A stretch of DNA of 64,000 nt from Trichoplax adhaerens (lineage: Eukaryota > Animalia > Placozoa). The stretch spans positions 4,282,123-4,346,122 of the forward strand of contig NW_002060944.1 in NCBI RefSeq assembly GCF_000150275.1, written 5' to 3'. Under the pieces are notes generated by a model. The model searched no databases. It was given only the letters and a program-made list of their open reading frames with translations, and was not told where the DNA came from. Below, piece after piece: positions 1 through 14,013 of this stretch. The first letter of the stretch is position 1. Each line of letters starts with the position of its first letter. The position numbers and the translations under genes were made by a program.

Positions 1-333
1 TACTGCACTAGTGAAAATACGGTACGGTAAAATACAAATTATGGCGGGAACACCATACTCGACAGTAGTATGCAGACTAGTGTACTGGACGTACACCAAG
101 ACGAAGACAGACTGTACGCAATACCGTATTACGGTACAGGACCGTGTAACACGTACGCAGCAGCGCACGACTGTTGGAGTACACGTCAGACGTCGACACG
201 AACCTGGACGATTCTTTGACCACTTACTGTCGTCTTGCAAAGTTTCACTGAAATTTATTTCTACCTACAGCATGGAGGATTAAAGGAAAAATCTTTTCAA
301 TTCTCGCAAATTTACTCTCCTGTATAAAATAAA

Positions 334-3300
334 ATGAATTGTAGCCAAGTTTGTGATGTCATTTTCACACCGCATAAGGTTTCGGTGTTGATTATGATCA
401 AATTACTCTGTGACAATTATTTCGAATATTCCATTCAATGTCGTCGACAACTAAGTTGCCTGATTACAGAGCTCATCGAGGTTAGTCTTTGAATTGTTTT
501 TCCCCTCTTTCACTACTTGCTAACCAATGTTACAATGATATTATACCTTTCATCACTGCAATGTTGAAGTCAAATGCAGCAATACTGCGTGTATTTGTAC
601 CTGAATTTATGCTGTATTCTGCTGTAAGATGTTGCACTTTGCATGTCCAACAATTTGGACCCTAGTCTTTCGTTGGGAACTTATTATTGAGAGCATTTTC
701 TCTTACAAGTCCTGCTTTCATGCTGGAATACGCGTATATAATCTACAGGATTGTGCAGTACTTGCTAAATTGCCTTACAAGGACTACTCAGAGAAGATGA
801 GAATGCATGCATACTGTACGGTACAATTAATTGTCTCCTTTGCTCAAGTACACCACTGTAGTAGTCTGAGTCCATTGATATAATGGATGTCGGATTGAAT
901 CAAAATTACTTTAGCAGTTTTGCAATGTCCATTGTTACTCTTATTATCATCAGGAATTCAATAAGGCCTGTAACAGACTTTAGTGATATATTACTCCTAT
1001 TTTGTTGATTTTTATGTTTTCTTAGCCTCGCTGTGCTGCACGTAGTGTTTTGTTTATCAAATTGTAAATTTCGTTTTGATTCTTTTCACATCAGTATAAG
1101 TTTTTTTGAACGGTCAAACCCATTCACATACAGTATAAATTACTATGAGTATACTTACTGTATACTTACAGGTATGGCATGTAATATAGTTGATCAATGA
1201 TAAGCGTTAAGTCACGTTGTTGCCTACTTTGTACTATCAAAATAAACCCTTAACTCTTTATGTGTATACGCGTAGATAGTATTGAAGTAACTAAAAAATA
1301 GGCTCTTATTTCCAAGCAAAAATCTTACAAGTTGAAAGTGTAACTGAATACGAGTACAGTGCCTGCTTATGTTTCATTGTTATTGTTAACTATGGAATCT
1401 TTTATTGCAATTTATTGACTGGATAGGCTCCACAATTAACCATTACACAAATCCAAGATCGAATAGCAACCTTTGAAGGTGGAGAAGAAGTTATATCGGC
1501 GCTATGTCAAAAGTAAAGACAGTATAACAATAGCATTTGCATACTGTATACTCACATAGAAATCAGTACATTTTATAATCCTCTATTTCATTAAGTATTT
1601 ATTTACTGTTATAAGTATGCAAACACCAAATCTGAATGCTAATATCAGATCTAATTATTGTCATTTCCTTTAAATTTTAAGATTAGATTCTTTGAAAGTT
1701 TTGGACTGTATGATCAACTTTTTTTCAGACTTGGATAACTATGTAGGAGAGGGAAAGGAAATTCGGAAAGACAGCTTGTTCGGTATTATATACAATAGTG
1801 ATTGACAAAAAGTTATACATGATATTTTAATTTCATTCCTGAAAGGTTATTTTTTATCTATAAATTTCAAATATACGAACGTAGTCCGATAAAGATTGGA
1901 CATTTTTCTACATACAGGCGTTGGATAGCTGATGTTCTTAAATAAATTTGCAAGAGATATTGTCATCTATTTCTCCGTGGATTACGCACGTGTAATTTTA
2001 ATGTTTCAAACTGTTGATGTTTGCTTCGTGCAGGGATTTATGTACGCCACATGTCAGTGGAGTTTCAAAAGAAGGATTTTACACAAACTTATGAGTTAAG
2101 AAATCATATTTGCACTTTTAAACACAGTGCAATGGATGAAGTAGAATCGATTGAGTGAGTAATTGCCGCTAATAATTTTATTTATAGATAAATAAATCTC
2201 AATGTGGATAGATTAATTCTTGTTATAATCCTTAAATTTGTAAATTGATACTTGTCGTTCCAACGGGGCTGTTATTATAACGACTATTGCTTACTGGAAT
2301 AACTGTACATTTTATCTCGTTTATAAAATGAAGTACAAAAGTCCGTGCATAGATATGTAAAATTTTATTTTTATATTTACGTTATTATAAATGCTTAGGT
2401 ACAAACCATCAGCTGAATTGATAAATGATCAGATACGATTATTAGACACTATGGAATCTCAAGCAGTATCTCCGCAACTGCTTCATGGCTATATAGAAAA
2501 AATTTTAAAAAATAGCCCTAACCAGCCCCAAATGGTAACGTGCTGTCAATTCATAGCAGTAACATCATTAGCGTAAGACTAATCGTAGTTCTATTTGGTA
2601 ATAATTGATGATGCGTGCTTGGTCAGCACTGCAGTAGTAACATGTAGATTAATGAACTACCCAAAGTCGTATGAGAATGATGCTAATACGCACTCCTTGC
2701 AATTTCATTGCAGCTTTTCGCCAAATACCTCAATTACATGAGATGCAAAGAATACGTTCAAGCAATCAATTGTCTACATCATTATTTTGAAGAAATGGAC
2801 TTTCGTAGTACCACTAATGAACAAAAGCTGAAAAAGCGATTTTGTTACTTTCCACTAAATTTAGCCATACTTCATTGTTTATTAGGACACAAGTGAGTGT
2901 GTTGATTTCTCACTTCTACTCCCTATAAAATTGTAAATTAAACGAATAGAATATTGACATGCGAGATAATTCTATTATTGTAGTGCCGAGGCTATACATG
3001 CATTAACTGAGGCAATTAGACTTGCACAAGAGGGAAGTGATCAAGAATGCTTACTGCATGCTATCGTAAGCATATACGGTTGTAAATTGAATGTAACAGT
3101 AGATAAAGAATGTGATGTAGCTAACTGATAGTAATTTATATATTTGTTATTTAGCATTGGTTATACTGGATAAAGAAAGAGGAGCATTCTACCGAATCAT
3201 TAACATTATTAAATCAATTAATGAAACTGAGTGAAAATGTATCCTCTAAGGTTCCGTATGCCATTATCATTTTATGCGGTGAAAATAACTTCATGCTTAT

Positions 3301-5623
3301 TTTAAGAGTACAATGTACTAATCGATACTATTTTACAACAGATAAGTGGCTACGCTGCATTAAATACAATCAGAGAAGAAGTCTTAAAAGGAAATGAACC
3401 TTCTGGGTATAAAAACATTTATAATAATTGATTATTACTAACTTTGACTCTGGTTATAATCAAGGCCTAACTTAAACATGTGATATTGATATCAATTTTC
3501 ATCAAGGTACGATCCATAAAATATTTACGCATTATATTATAGGATATTTTATAGACTAACAACGGATGATGCTCTGATTTCCCAGTCGTCACTTAATGAC
3601 TTATCTCCGACTTTATTTGCGGAAATTGCCGCAATATGGAGTCACTATGGTATAAAGTTAGTAATATTAACGCTTTAAAGTATCTATAGTGGACAGTATA
3701 TGAAAAACCTAATTTTATAAAATAATATCGCCACTATAGTTCATTAGTTGTACTACATTGCCAGCTATTGTTGGGAGGTTTCACAAATGAAGATAAGCGC
3801 CTGAACGATGAGATTATTGGATTACAATTTTGCAAATTGTCTTCTTATTTTGAGAAAGAGGTATATGCAAAATCTTTTACTCAGCTACAGATCGATATAT
3901 ATACGCACATTATTGAGTGGGTGTTATAAGGACTTATATTGAAGTACATGTAATTTTAGGGATATCCTAGCGTTGCAATGAAAATTCTCGATTACGCCTT
4001 AACAATATTTCCTGAGCACACCGAACAAGCGGAAGTATGAAAATCTATAACGATTGATCAATTCTGTTGCATGTGTAGTAACTGGAACTATTTCGAAAAG
4101 CTATTAGAGATATCTAAGAAGAAATTAGCCTTTGAAAATGCACTAATGAAAGGTGAAATTTCTTTGGCTAAAGCATTATCGACGGAACTTGCTACGACTG
4201 ATAGCCTGGAATTTAGCTACAGGTTTTTAGTATCGTATTTGGACAGTTAATCCTTATATATCTAATACTCTGGTCGAACTGCGATGTAAGAAATTAATTT
4301 ATTGACGCTAACATTTTCGCCTATCCATAGTCGAGCAATTATCATGAAAGAAACGAATCAGTTTGCGGAAGCTTGTAATCTTCTTTACAAAATGTTGCAA
4401 GATGCGGAGTATGTACTAGATATCCTGTTCATTTTGCAATGATGATACTTAACTAGATAAAGACAAGTTTGAAGTAATCTTGTTTTGCAAAAACTTTACG
4501 CCTAAGTAGTCCTGATATTGCCTGTTCTTGCTATCAACTCTGTTACTAATTCAAACTAATTCTGCAGTGAGGACAAAGTTATACTCAGGAACAAATTAAT
4601 AACATTACCTCAGCATAGAATCAGGTAAAAACTAAAACTTAGCGATGAGATTTATTTAGGCTACAAAGCCTTAGTTTAGATGCATTAGTACACTTTCGGC
4701 ATTGTATTGAACTCAATGCATTTATTCGCTATTTAAGTTGTAATCCATTGGCCTATATACAATATAGTAGAATAATGAATTAAATATTGTGAAATAGGAT
4801 ATTGCGTTTACTTGGAGAAATTTATCTGGAAAGTAAGCAGCCGTGCAAAGCCATCGAGTATTTCTTACAATCCGTAACCTGTGCTTATTCTTACCATTTG
4901 CTTGACAGCATGATTGCATCCATGATAGGACTGGCTGAGGCCCAGGTAATGAACTTCGTCAAATTTTACCTGAATAACGTAAACCTCTATATATCTAGTA
5001 TCGGTTTACCTAGTTTTATATTGCTTTAAATCTTTAAATTATAACACTTTTTTGAGTGATCGGTATTTATATCTATATTTAATTATAAACTATAATTATT
5101 AGTTCTCAATAGGGCTGTCAACAACTGCGCTGGATTTGCTTAATGACATAGCTGTATCAGTTTCCAGTTTCGGTAAATACTCGTATGTACGATTCGTGTG
5201 TACTGTACACATCCGACACGTGCAGTGCCGTTCAGGATACAGTTCCATCAGTACCAAAAAATGATAACGCACTTACTTTATACATCTACTAGTATCACCA
5301 ATTTTGCGAGCTAAGTTTTGGACAATGACGGCTAAGCTCCACTGGAAATTAGCGAACAGGAGATTACCTCTGAGACACATCTTAAATCTGCTAGATCATG
5401 CGGGTACTATATTTGAAAGTAGGAACTATTATTTCGGCCTGAGAGAGGTCTTCTATATGAAGGTATGAAGCCTTTTGTAGGTTACTGTATTATGTATAGA
5501 TTAAGTTGAAGACTGTTTTTGTAGGCAATGATATACAACGAACTTGACTGTCAGGAAGATCGAAATAAATGCGCCAAGCAACTTCTTAATCTCACTGACT
5601 ATTTAAATAGTGCAAGCATATGA
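334..5623 (+). CDS. ANAPC5: Anaphase-promoting complex subunit 5 (multi-exon)
   Basis: Exon 1 (334-480) encodes MNCSQVCDVIFTPHKVSVLIMI, resembling the APC5 N-terminal 'TPYKIAVL'. TPR-like exons include YLNYMRCKEYVQAINCLHHYFE..FPLNLAILHCLLGH, EAIHALTEAIRLAQEGSDQECLLHA and LLGEIYLES. The last exon AMIYNELDCQEDRNKCAKQL ends in TGA at 5621-5623. Internal junctions were not all verified. Confidence 0.85.
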
Positions 5624-6051
5624 TCATCTTACATTGAAAGTGTGATTATATATCTATATTTAATCCTTGTATAAAATTGTATTACAGAATTTTAGCTATT
5701 CGCTCTGCAAATTACTTTTGTATAAATGTAGCTTACTGTCTGTACCCTAGCGTTTACTACGATTTTCATTCATACTCGATGATAAAAGGGTTTGATTATT
5801 ACCGGGATTAAAGTATGATTTTTTTTTATTTTGTATATCTGGCATAAAATTTTCATATGTTCCGCTCTGTGCAAAGAGGCTTGAGTGTAGTATTACTAGT
5901 ATACCTACAGTATCTACAGTTTCAAACTGTTTTCCTCATTTTTAGGATACTTCAAGTTATATACTCAAATACTATAGATATACTGTACCATGTAAAAAAT
6001 GACAAAATCAGATAAAATAACCCGTTGATGATACGTTCGTATATATTAAAA

Positions 6052-9000
6052 TTATTCTATTATTTTGAAAACTTGAATTGCCTTTTCAAGCTTTTGCAAC
6101 TCCACTTGTATTTGAGATACCTGCAAATAATCATTAAATTTGCAACTTGTTTAGTTACTACCTCACTTAAGGATATTTTAATACACTTCAGTTATGTTTA
6201 AGTACTGAAGCTTTTAGTACCTTTTCTGCGTTTAAGGCTTTAACGTTTTCTGGTACCTAATAATAAATGGTATAGAAATTATATTAAAAGCAATAACCCC
6301 TATTCTCGGTAGATTATGTAGCATGTACGAACAATATTTTTCGTGACTGTCAACAATGGGTATCTGCCTTGCCTTGGTTGATTATTATCAAAGCTTACCT
6401 TGTCGTAGTTGTCACTCTGAGTAGATTCTTGCAACTTTTGCAACTGTTCATTTAGCCTACTTTGCTTAGTACTAAGCTTAGATAATTCCTTCTGAACATC
6501 TATAATCCCCCTGAGCATAACGTGAACTTCACACTTATCTGATACAGTGCTAATAGCACAACCTGGTGGTGTATCACCAGTCGTGATCACGGACAAGCTG
6601 AACAAATCAAAGCAGTCATCAGCTGTCATTAGTTGTCGAAAGCAATGGCAAGGTTATCATTAACTTACTTAGATGAATAGCTCAATGTAGTTATTTCTTG
6701 ACGGTATTTCGAGACAGTAGAAGCGATTTCCTCGTTTGTACATTTAACAAAAACTAATGAAAGAGATGCAGTTAAGCAAAAAGAGCGATGAAGTCTACTA
6801 TGGTAGCTACTGCTTCTATACTTACTATCGGTTTTTGTTTTATTGGTTTGATATTCCGTACGAATAGAACGAACAACACGCGCAACTTCTTGGCAAAGGT
6901 TAACTTCATCTTCAATGTTCGTATTCCTCCAAGATAACTATGTGAGTATTAGGAGACGTTTAGTAATGACTTATTTATATAATCTTAAGTAATACATATA
7001 AAACAGCAAAAATATTTGATAATTACATTTTCGGGATATCTCGCGACGGAGATACTCGGCGGCGAATCCTTGGTTCTATTAGGTAAGCGCTGCCAAAGTT
7101 CTTCAGTGACAAACGGCATACATGGATGAAGTAGGCGAAGACCATGATCTAAACAAATGTATCTGCACAAGAATTAATGAGTTAAGCAAATAATAGGAGG
7201 GTATATTTCTACCAAAGACCTGAACTTCATTAAAAGCTTTATACATGAAGCATTCCAGATCATTCGGTAATTTAATGATTTTGAATTAAGTGCGGTATTT
7301 AGAAATTTGACACTTAATATCAGATAGCAAATTGGAAAAGATGAAATGGTCTATTTTTGGATACAGTACATTTCGAGCAATGTTTTGAGCTTCTTTGTTT
7401 GAATTCTGGAAAACTGGCTTCAAACATTCCTTGTAATGCCAAAACAGATTTTTTAAGTAATGTCCTCATTAAAGATCTATTACATATTTATTTTATTACT
7501 TACAATGTAGACATCGCAAAGATCGTACCACCAAAAGTTATATATAGCCGTAGTCATATCTTGAAATATGTACGTTTCAAAGCCCATATTGCAAACATCA
7601 GTGGCCATACTGAGTCGATTAAGGATCCATTGATCTATTAAGGATGCTTTCGTAAAGTCCTGCAAATGACAAGGTGGTAGAATTTTAGACCGATATAATA
7701 ACTCTTGACTGAATAGTCTATCGAATCAGCTTCTTATGTATTATATATACTTGAGTTGAAGGGATAAAGTCATTTCCAATGACACTTAGAGCGAATTTCG
7801 TTGCATTCCAAATTTTATTGCAAAACTTCCGGTACCCCCAGGTACGTCCTACATCAAGATTGATATCTCTACCTAATTCAGTTAAGAGAAAAAGAGTAAG
7901 CTTTGATTAAACAACAATCACTAAATTGACCGTTTTAATACCTTGGGAAGAATAAGCCAAAAGAGTAAATCTTAGAGCATCTGCACCACATTCTGGAATG
8001 CCTTGAGGGAAGTCTTCTTTCTAAATTTTTAGATTATTTGTTAAGCGCGGCAGTAACGATCCGAGAAATACAGTACTTTGGAACTAGCTTGCGTAAACAA
8101 TTTCTATTTCATTGATTACCTGGCCCTGTATAGCCTTAGCTATCTCCTTTTTATCCAAATTTGAATTTCTTAATTGTTCATGCAAATCCTTAAGATAGTT
8201 ATTTCACGAGTTGCAGTTAATATATCGTACTATGCACTTTCTTCAGCAGTATGAAAGTATAAAATATATCTCGTTGTATATTAATCGTAACCTCTAAACC
8301 TATCCCTGAGATAACATCCAAAGGATCAATAATATTGCCTAGTGATTTGCTCATTTTTCTTCCATGTGCATCACGGACAATCGCATGCAAGTAAATCTAT
8401 AAGCATGTATATTGATTATTTTCATGGAAGAATTCTCAATCTATTATATATACTAATTACTTCTTTAAAAGGTACATCTCCCATTAGCTTCATTCCAAAG
8501 AATACCATTCTTGCAACCCAAAAGAAAAGTATATCATGCCCAGTTTCAAGAAGGCTACCAGGATAAAATGTCTTAAGATCTAGAGTCTAATAATATGCAC
8601 AAAGTTACTTTTACACAACAAGTACAGTAGTATATTATGCATAAATAATCTGATAACAGCAAGTTTTAACCTCATTTGGCCAACCGAATATTGCAAATGG
8701 GAAAAGTGCAGCTGAAAACCATGTATCGAGTACGTCTTCATCTACAGTCAATTAGAATAGTAATGTAAGTATCTGTGTAGAATAGGAAAGACTCAAATGC
8801 TAGGAAATAAGAAAAGGGACCTTGTTTAAGGGTGATCTTCTCTTTTGGACAGTTAAAACGATTGACAGCTTTATTCATAGCTTCATCTTCATTGTGGGCA
8901 CTAAAAAATTTAACACACATCGCACAATTTAAATATTACAAATTAATCAAACTTTGTAATAAATATCTTTAGTATTATCTGTATCATAAGTAAAACCTGA

Positions 9001-12000
9001 TCCAAAAATGATTGTCAGCATCCTGTAGGCACATGACAGTAACAAATAAGAGCATAATTAAGATAAATTACGCATTAATTTATGCAAATGATAATACTGC
9101 CTTACAGATCCATTTTTTACATCAGGATCATTAATAGTAACGAAATAAGCAGGAATTCTATGGCCCCACCACAATTGACGAGAAATACACCAGTCTCTAC
9201 AAAATATTGTGTTTGAACTTATTTCTTAGCCCAGTTAAAGTGCAGAATAAACTTTTTTACCTAATATTATCAAGCCATTGAAACCATGTCTTTTCAAACA
9301 TGTTTGGAATTATTTTTATTCTTCCGTCTCGAACAGCCTATTTTACAGTGATATTCATCAGGTAATGCGTACTGTATAGTGCACACTCTACATCAGATAT
9401 TCGATATTATTAATTTGTTATCGTTAACCTTAGCAGCATTTAAAGCCATATCATCACATTTGCAGTACCATTGAGGTTTTAGTAACGGTTCAATGATATC
9501 TTTGGAACGACTATCGACAACCAAATTAAATTAAAATTAAAGCTTGCATAATAAGTTATATCACAGCAATACCATTACGTTATGTTAACTAAAATCATAC
9601 AAACATGGATTATTTATTTGATCTTTTCACGAGCGCATGAATATCGAGGTACCTGCAAATAGGGACGACCATAGGATTTTCCTTTGTTTCTATATAAAGA
9701 CCTTTTTCTTTTAGAGCTTCGAGTACCGCTTTACGGGCGTCAAATCGCTTCATTCCCTACAATGGATTATAAAAGTAAGAAATTATTGATGTGACAAGTA
9801 GATAGCTATTAAGCAGAAATGCACAGAGATGATATCAGTACCTTGAATTGCGGGCAAGCATCCGTTATCATTCCATTTTCATCGATCGTCTCAATAAATG
9901 GTAGATTATGACGCTTTCCACACTCATAATCATTCTGGTCATGAGCAGGAGTAATTTTAACGGCTCCTGTGAGGATTAATTTAATGAGAATTTGTGAATA
10001 CTAGTATTCCTTGTTATATAAAAGATCTATTACACTTGCTTACCTGTACCAAATGACATTTCTACAAAATCATCAAAAACGATGGGCATTCGTCTATCAG
10101 CAAATGGATGCAAAACGTACTTTCCTCGGAGGTGCTATTTCATGCAATTCGATTTTATTAATATAAGTATACTAATCATATAATTAAAGATAGCTAATAT
10201 TCTGCATGCACTTTTATTAGCTTACACTGTAACGCTCATCTTTGGGATGAACTGCAACTGCAGTATCCCCAAGCATAGTTTCAATACGCGTCGTTGCAAC
10301 GATCAGTCGTTCATCTAGTGATATATAATTCGAACGTTACTCTGTAATCAATAGTCCAATTTTATCTACTAAATTATTGAAATTACCAGAATCCTCGACT
10401 GGATAAGCAAACAATACTAAAACACCAAATTCTACTTTTTCATCGTATCCTGGAACACTTAGTAAAGTACGACCCGTTAGTTCTCTCTTATCAACCTGCA
10501 AGTGGGCACATGAAAGTAAACAGGGAAAGATTATAACTTACTGCGTTATATCATATTGGTTACAAAGGTTGTAGTCAGTATATAAATCCAATTTATAAAT
10601 TAATGTAGATATTACACTCTACCTCTATATCAGCGATCGCAGAGCGCAAGATACACGACCAGTTTACTAATCTTAGGTTCCTATAAATTACTCCTTCATC
10701 ATGAAGGCGTATGAATGCTTCCTTAACAGCCCTGCAGCAATTCTGAATATAGAACAATAATAATTACGAAAATTACCATACTCACTAATATTATAGACGA
10801 AGTTATTTAACTTTTAAATTAAGTATAGTTTTATTAATTGCTAATTAGGATAATCTTAACAGTAGTAGCTTACATCATCCATTGAAAAGAATGCTCTATC
10901 CCAGTCAGCAGAAGCAGCTAGACATTTTATTTGTTCATAGATTCTTCCTCCCTTTCTGTTTACGATAATAGATAAGTCTTACTTAAATAGTGCAACCGTA
11001 ATACAGAAGAAATACATAGAGCATAGCTAATAAATATGATTGGGATTTAATAACTAAGTGAAAGATATTCGAATTGATCGCAAAATTAAAAACCCGGAGT
11101 GTCTTTTAATAGATACTTACTCATGTTTATATTTCCAGACTTCTTCCAGAAATTTTTCTCTTCCAATGTCATGTCTTGTAAGTTTACGTTCACGCCATAA
11201 TTTTTTTTCCACTACGACCTGCGGTATTAATTTCTTATGTTAGTAATACAATTGATAACTTCCTTAACGATTGCTAATCGATATATCGCTTATACAAACA
11301 AGCCAAGCGAATAGATTGGGTACACTTATCAGAAACTAGTAATTATTCTAGCAATATCTGTACATTATTATAACTCATTTTTTTTGTAGTTATACATACG
11401 TACTTGTGTAGCTATGCCGGCATGATCACATCCTGGATTCCAGAGAGTTCTTTGACCTTTCATCCTACGCCTATTACATTCAGTTCAATCGTAAATTTAA
11501 TTTGACAATCAAGTCATTACGGGGTTTCGGAAATTTTTTAAGTACAAATTACCATCTTGTTATACAGTCTTCAACTGAGCACATTAGCGCATGGCCCAGA
11601 TGTAGAGAACCAGTAACGTTCGGTGGAGGTATACAGATCATAAAATTTCCCCCAGGAACAGGAGTCGATACATCTCCCTACACAACAGTCGATAATCCTC
11701 CTTAAATAACTGTATTTTTCATTACGCTTGCAAAGATATCGTATAGCAGTTTGCAGTTGCTCATATTACAATTTTTAACTTACAGTATAATACTCCGGCT
11801 TGAAAAAGCCCTAGAATGGACAATAATAATCGTTAAGATCAAATAGGGTATCTTGAAATGACAATCTCAACATAGGCAATCCAATGCAGTATATTTTACC
11901 TCCTTCATCCACCATGTATACCATGCGGCTTCTACATAAGCTGGGCTGTAACTATCTGGGAGAGATCTAGTGATATCTATGCGGGGTAGTTTTATTAAGA

Positions 12001-13425
12001 AGTATTATTAAAGTATTAACGATAGCTCAGTCATGAAATGCGATGGCGTTTCATTTCGACATTTGCTATCAAATCTATTTCGATACAAGTATCTAAACCA
12101 TCATTGCAGCTACTATAGGTATTTATATCTCTCCTTTTTAGTGCATTACGATGAAACTATATAAGTTTACAAAATGGTCTAAGTAGACGCTATCATGATA
12201 ATTGTAATCATTGCATAATACCTTTCTTTTCGCCTGGTTTAGTATCAATATCGTAAGAAATTTTAGTAACTTCTCTCTTCTTAGTAGGCTTTGCAGTATT
12301 CTTTAGCGCATTGGTTCATAGATGACATAAAACATTATAAATTATGTAATTAGAGTATGAATTAAACGTGAGCAAAAGCCTTAGGCCTTGGTTTGGAGTA
12401 ATATTTCAAGTGCCATAAGATAATGTATCCATAGATGAGTTAAGCTGTATACGCTCATATCACAAAACGAATGAAATACTCTCCACTTACAACGTATCCT
12501 ACTCCAAATTATGTATATTATTTTAGTCGCAATTATAATACTGTATAATAGATGGATTACATTATAAGTTCGTTTGAATGACATGATGCAATACGACGTC
12601 AACATATCTTACTCCTTGTATACTGTTTTAGTGCGCAATAATCATAGATGATTTACTGTATATTACAAGCTGGTATATTATTTTAGTGCGTAGTTATGAT
12701 GGAGAATTACTTTGTACAGTATTATAAGCTCGTTTGAATGACATGATACAAAACGACGTCAACATATCTTAATCCATGTATATTGTTTTAGTACGCAATA
12801 ATCATAGATGATTTACTGTATATTATAAGCTGGTATATTATTTTAGTGTGTAGTTATGATAGAAGAATTACTTTGTACAGTATTATAAGCTCGTTTGAAT
12901 GACATGATGCAACACGACGTCATTCACAAGCGACTACGTGGTTTTTCCGCGTTGAGATTCAATTGGTAAATATTATATGTCTGTTTTAAGATATCTTGAA
13001 CTCTATAGAATGATAGCATAAGCAAGGATGCAAGGGTAAAAACAGCTCATTGATTGACTAATTCAGAAATTGATGTGCAACCGTCCATGAAAATAGTTGC
13101 CATTTATGTTATAGTAAAGTGCAGAACAGTATTCACTCAAGTCCGTAGAATCGATTGGTGTAATAGGGAATTTTCTATTCTAGCTTATTCGTATTCTAGC
13201 AGAATACCGTACAGTTCATTTTTTTTTTACCTTGCTATCGCCTCCCTGCTTCGTTGCAGCTTGTTGCTTCCCCTGCTTCTTAGCAAATTTTTCTAATTTA
13301 GCTTTTCTTTTGGCTTCCTTTTCTGCTTCCTTTTTTAACTGTGCAGCGGATTTTTCTTTCTTGCCAGTAGTGTCTGCAGCACCTGGTTTAGTGCCACTAG
13401 AGTTAGGGCTAGTTTCTGGCTCCAT
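6052..13425 (-). CDS. VARS1: Cytoplasmic valyl-tRNA synthetase (multi-exon)
   Basis: Class Ia motifs [15 protein letters not shown] (HIGH-like), [22 protein letters not shown] and [11 protein letters not shown]; anticodon-binding domain [20 protein letters not shown]; Lys-rich N-terminal helix. ATG at 13425, TAA at 6054-6052. Confidence 0.95.
12510..12921. repeat. ~160-bp tandem repeat (~2.5 copies) in VARS intron 1
   Basis: ATTATAAG(T/C)TCGTTTGAATGACATGAT recurs at 12561, 12721 and 12882. Confidence 0.9.
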
Positions 13426-13670
13426 TCAATATCAACAACACCGCAGTAAGATCTTGGATAAAAATACGCTAGACCAATTTAGATATTAGTATCCTGTGAT
13501 ATTTTAGACCTAGAAATGTCTTTGAAATCAAATTGTTGCTGAACAATTTCACTGAGACTAAGCTTGAAGTTCGTCGTCACCTTGGTATGTGACTCTCCTT
13601 CGGTCTCCTTGACTCCTCTCCTCGTCTTAGTGTAAGAACACTTGGTAGTCCTTTTAATGCCTGCGATTTA

Positions 13671-13745
13671 TACAGTACCGTACCGTGCCGTACCGTACAG
13701 TACAGTACTGTGTTACAGTACATTTTTACAGTGCATCGTACTGTA
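13671..13745. promoter_or_regulatory. (GTACN)n cluster in the VARS/PIN1 bidirectional promoter
   Basis: TACAGTACCGTACCGTGCCGTACCGTACAGTACAGTACTGTG lies midway between divergent ATGs ~590 bp apart. The regulatory role is inferred from position. Confidence 0.6.
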
Positions 13746-14013
13746 AACGAAAGGCCTTAGAATGACCGTGCGAGGTATGACAGCAACGTTAAATGCATGG
13801 ACTACGAACAATACCCAGTCGTCTATAGTGTATAGTAATACGTTTTAGTGATGCCGTGGAGTAAAATAGACAGAGGGTAGACTGCATGCATGGACTACAC
13901 CCCTTCAACACCGTACGGCGGAGTGACCATCACTAAAAAGTAATTACACCATTCTCGCCATTCTGCAGTCTGTGCACTGGATCTCTAGCGTTGGCAATTG
14001 CAACGGATAAAAA

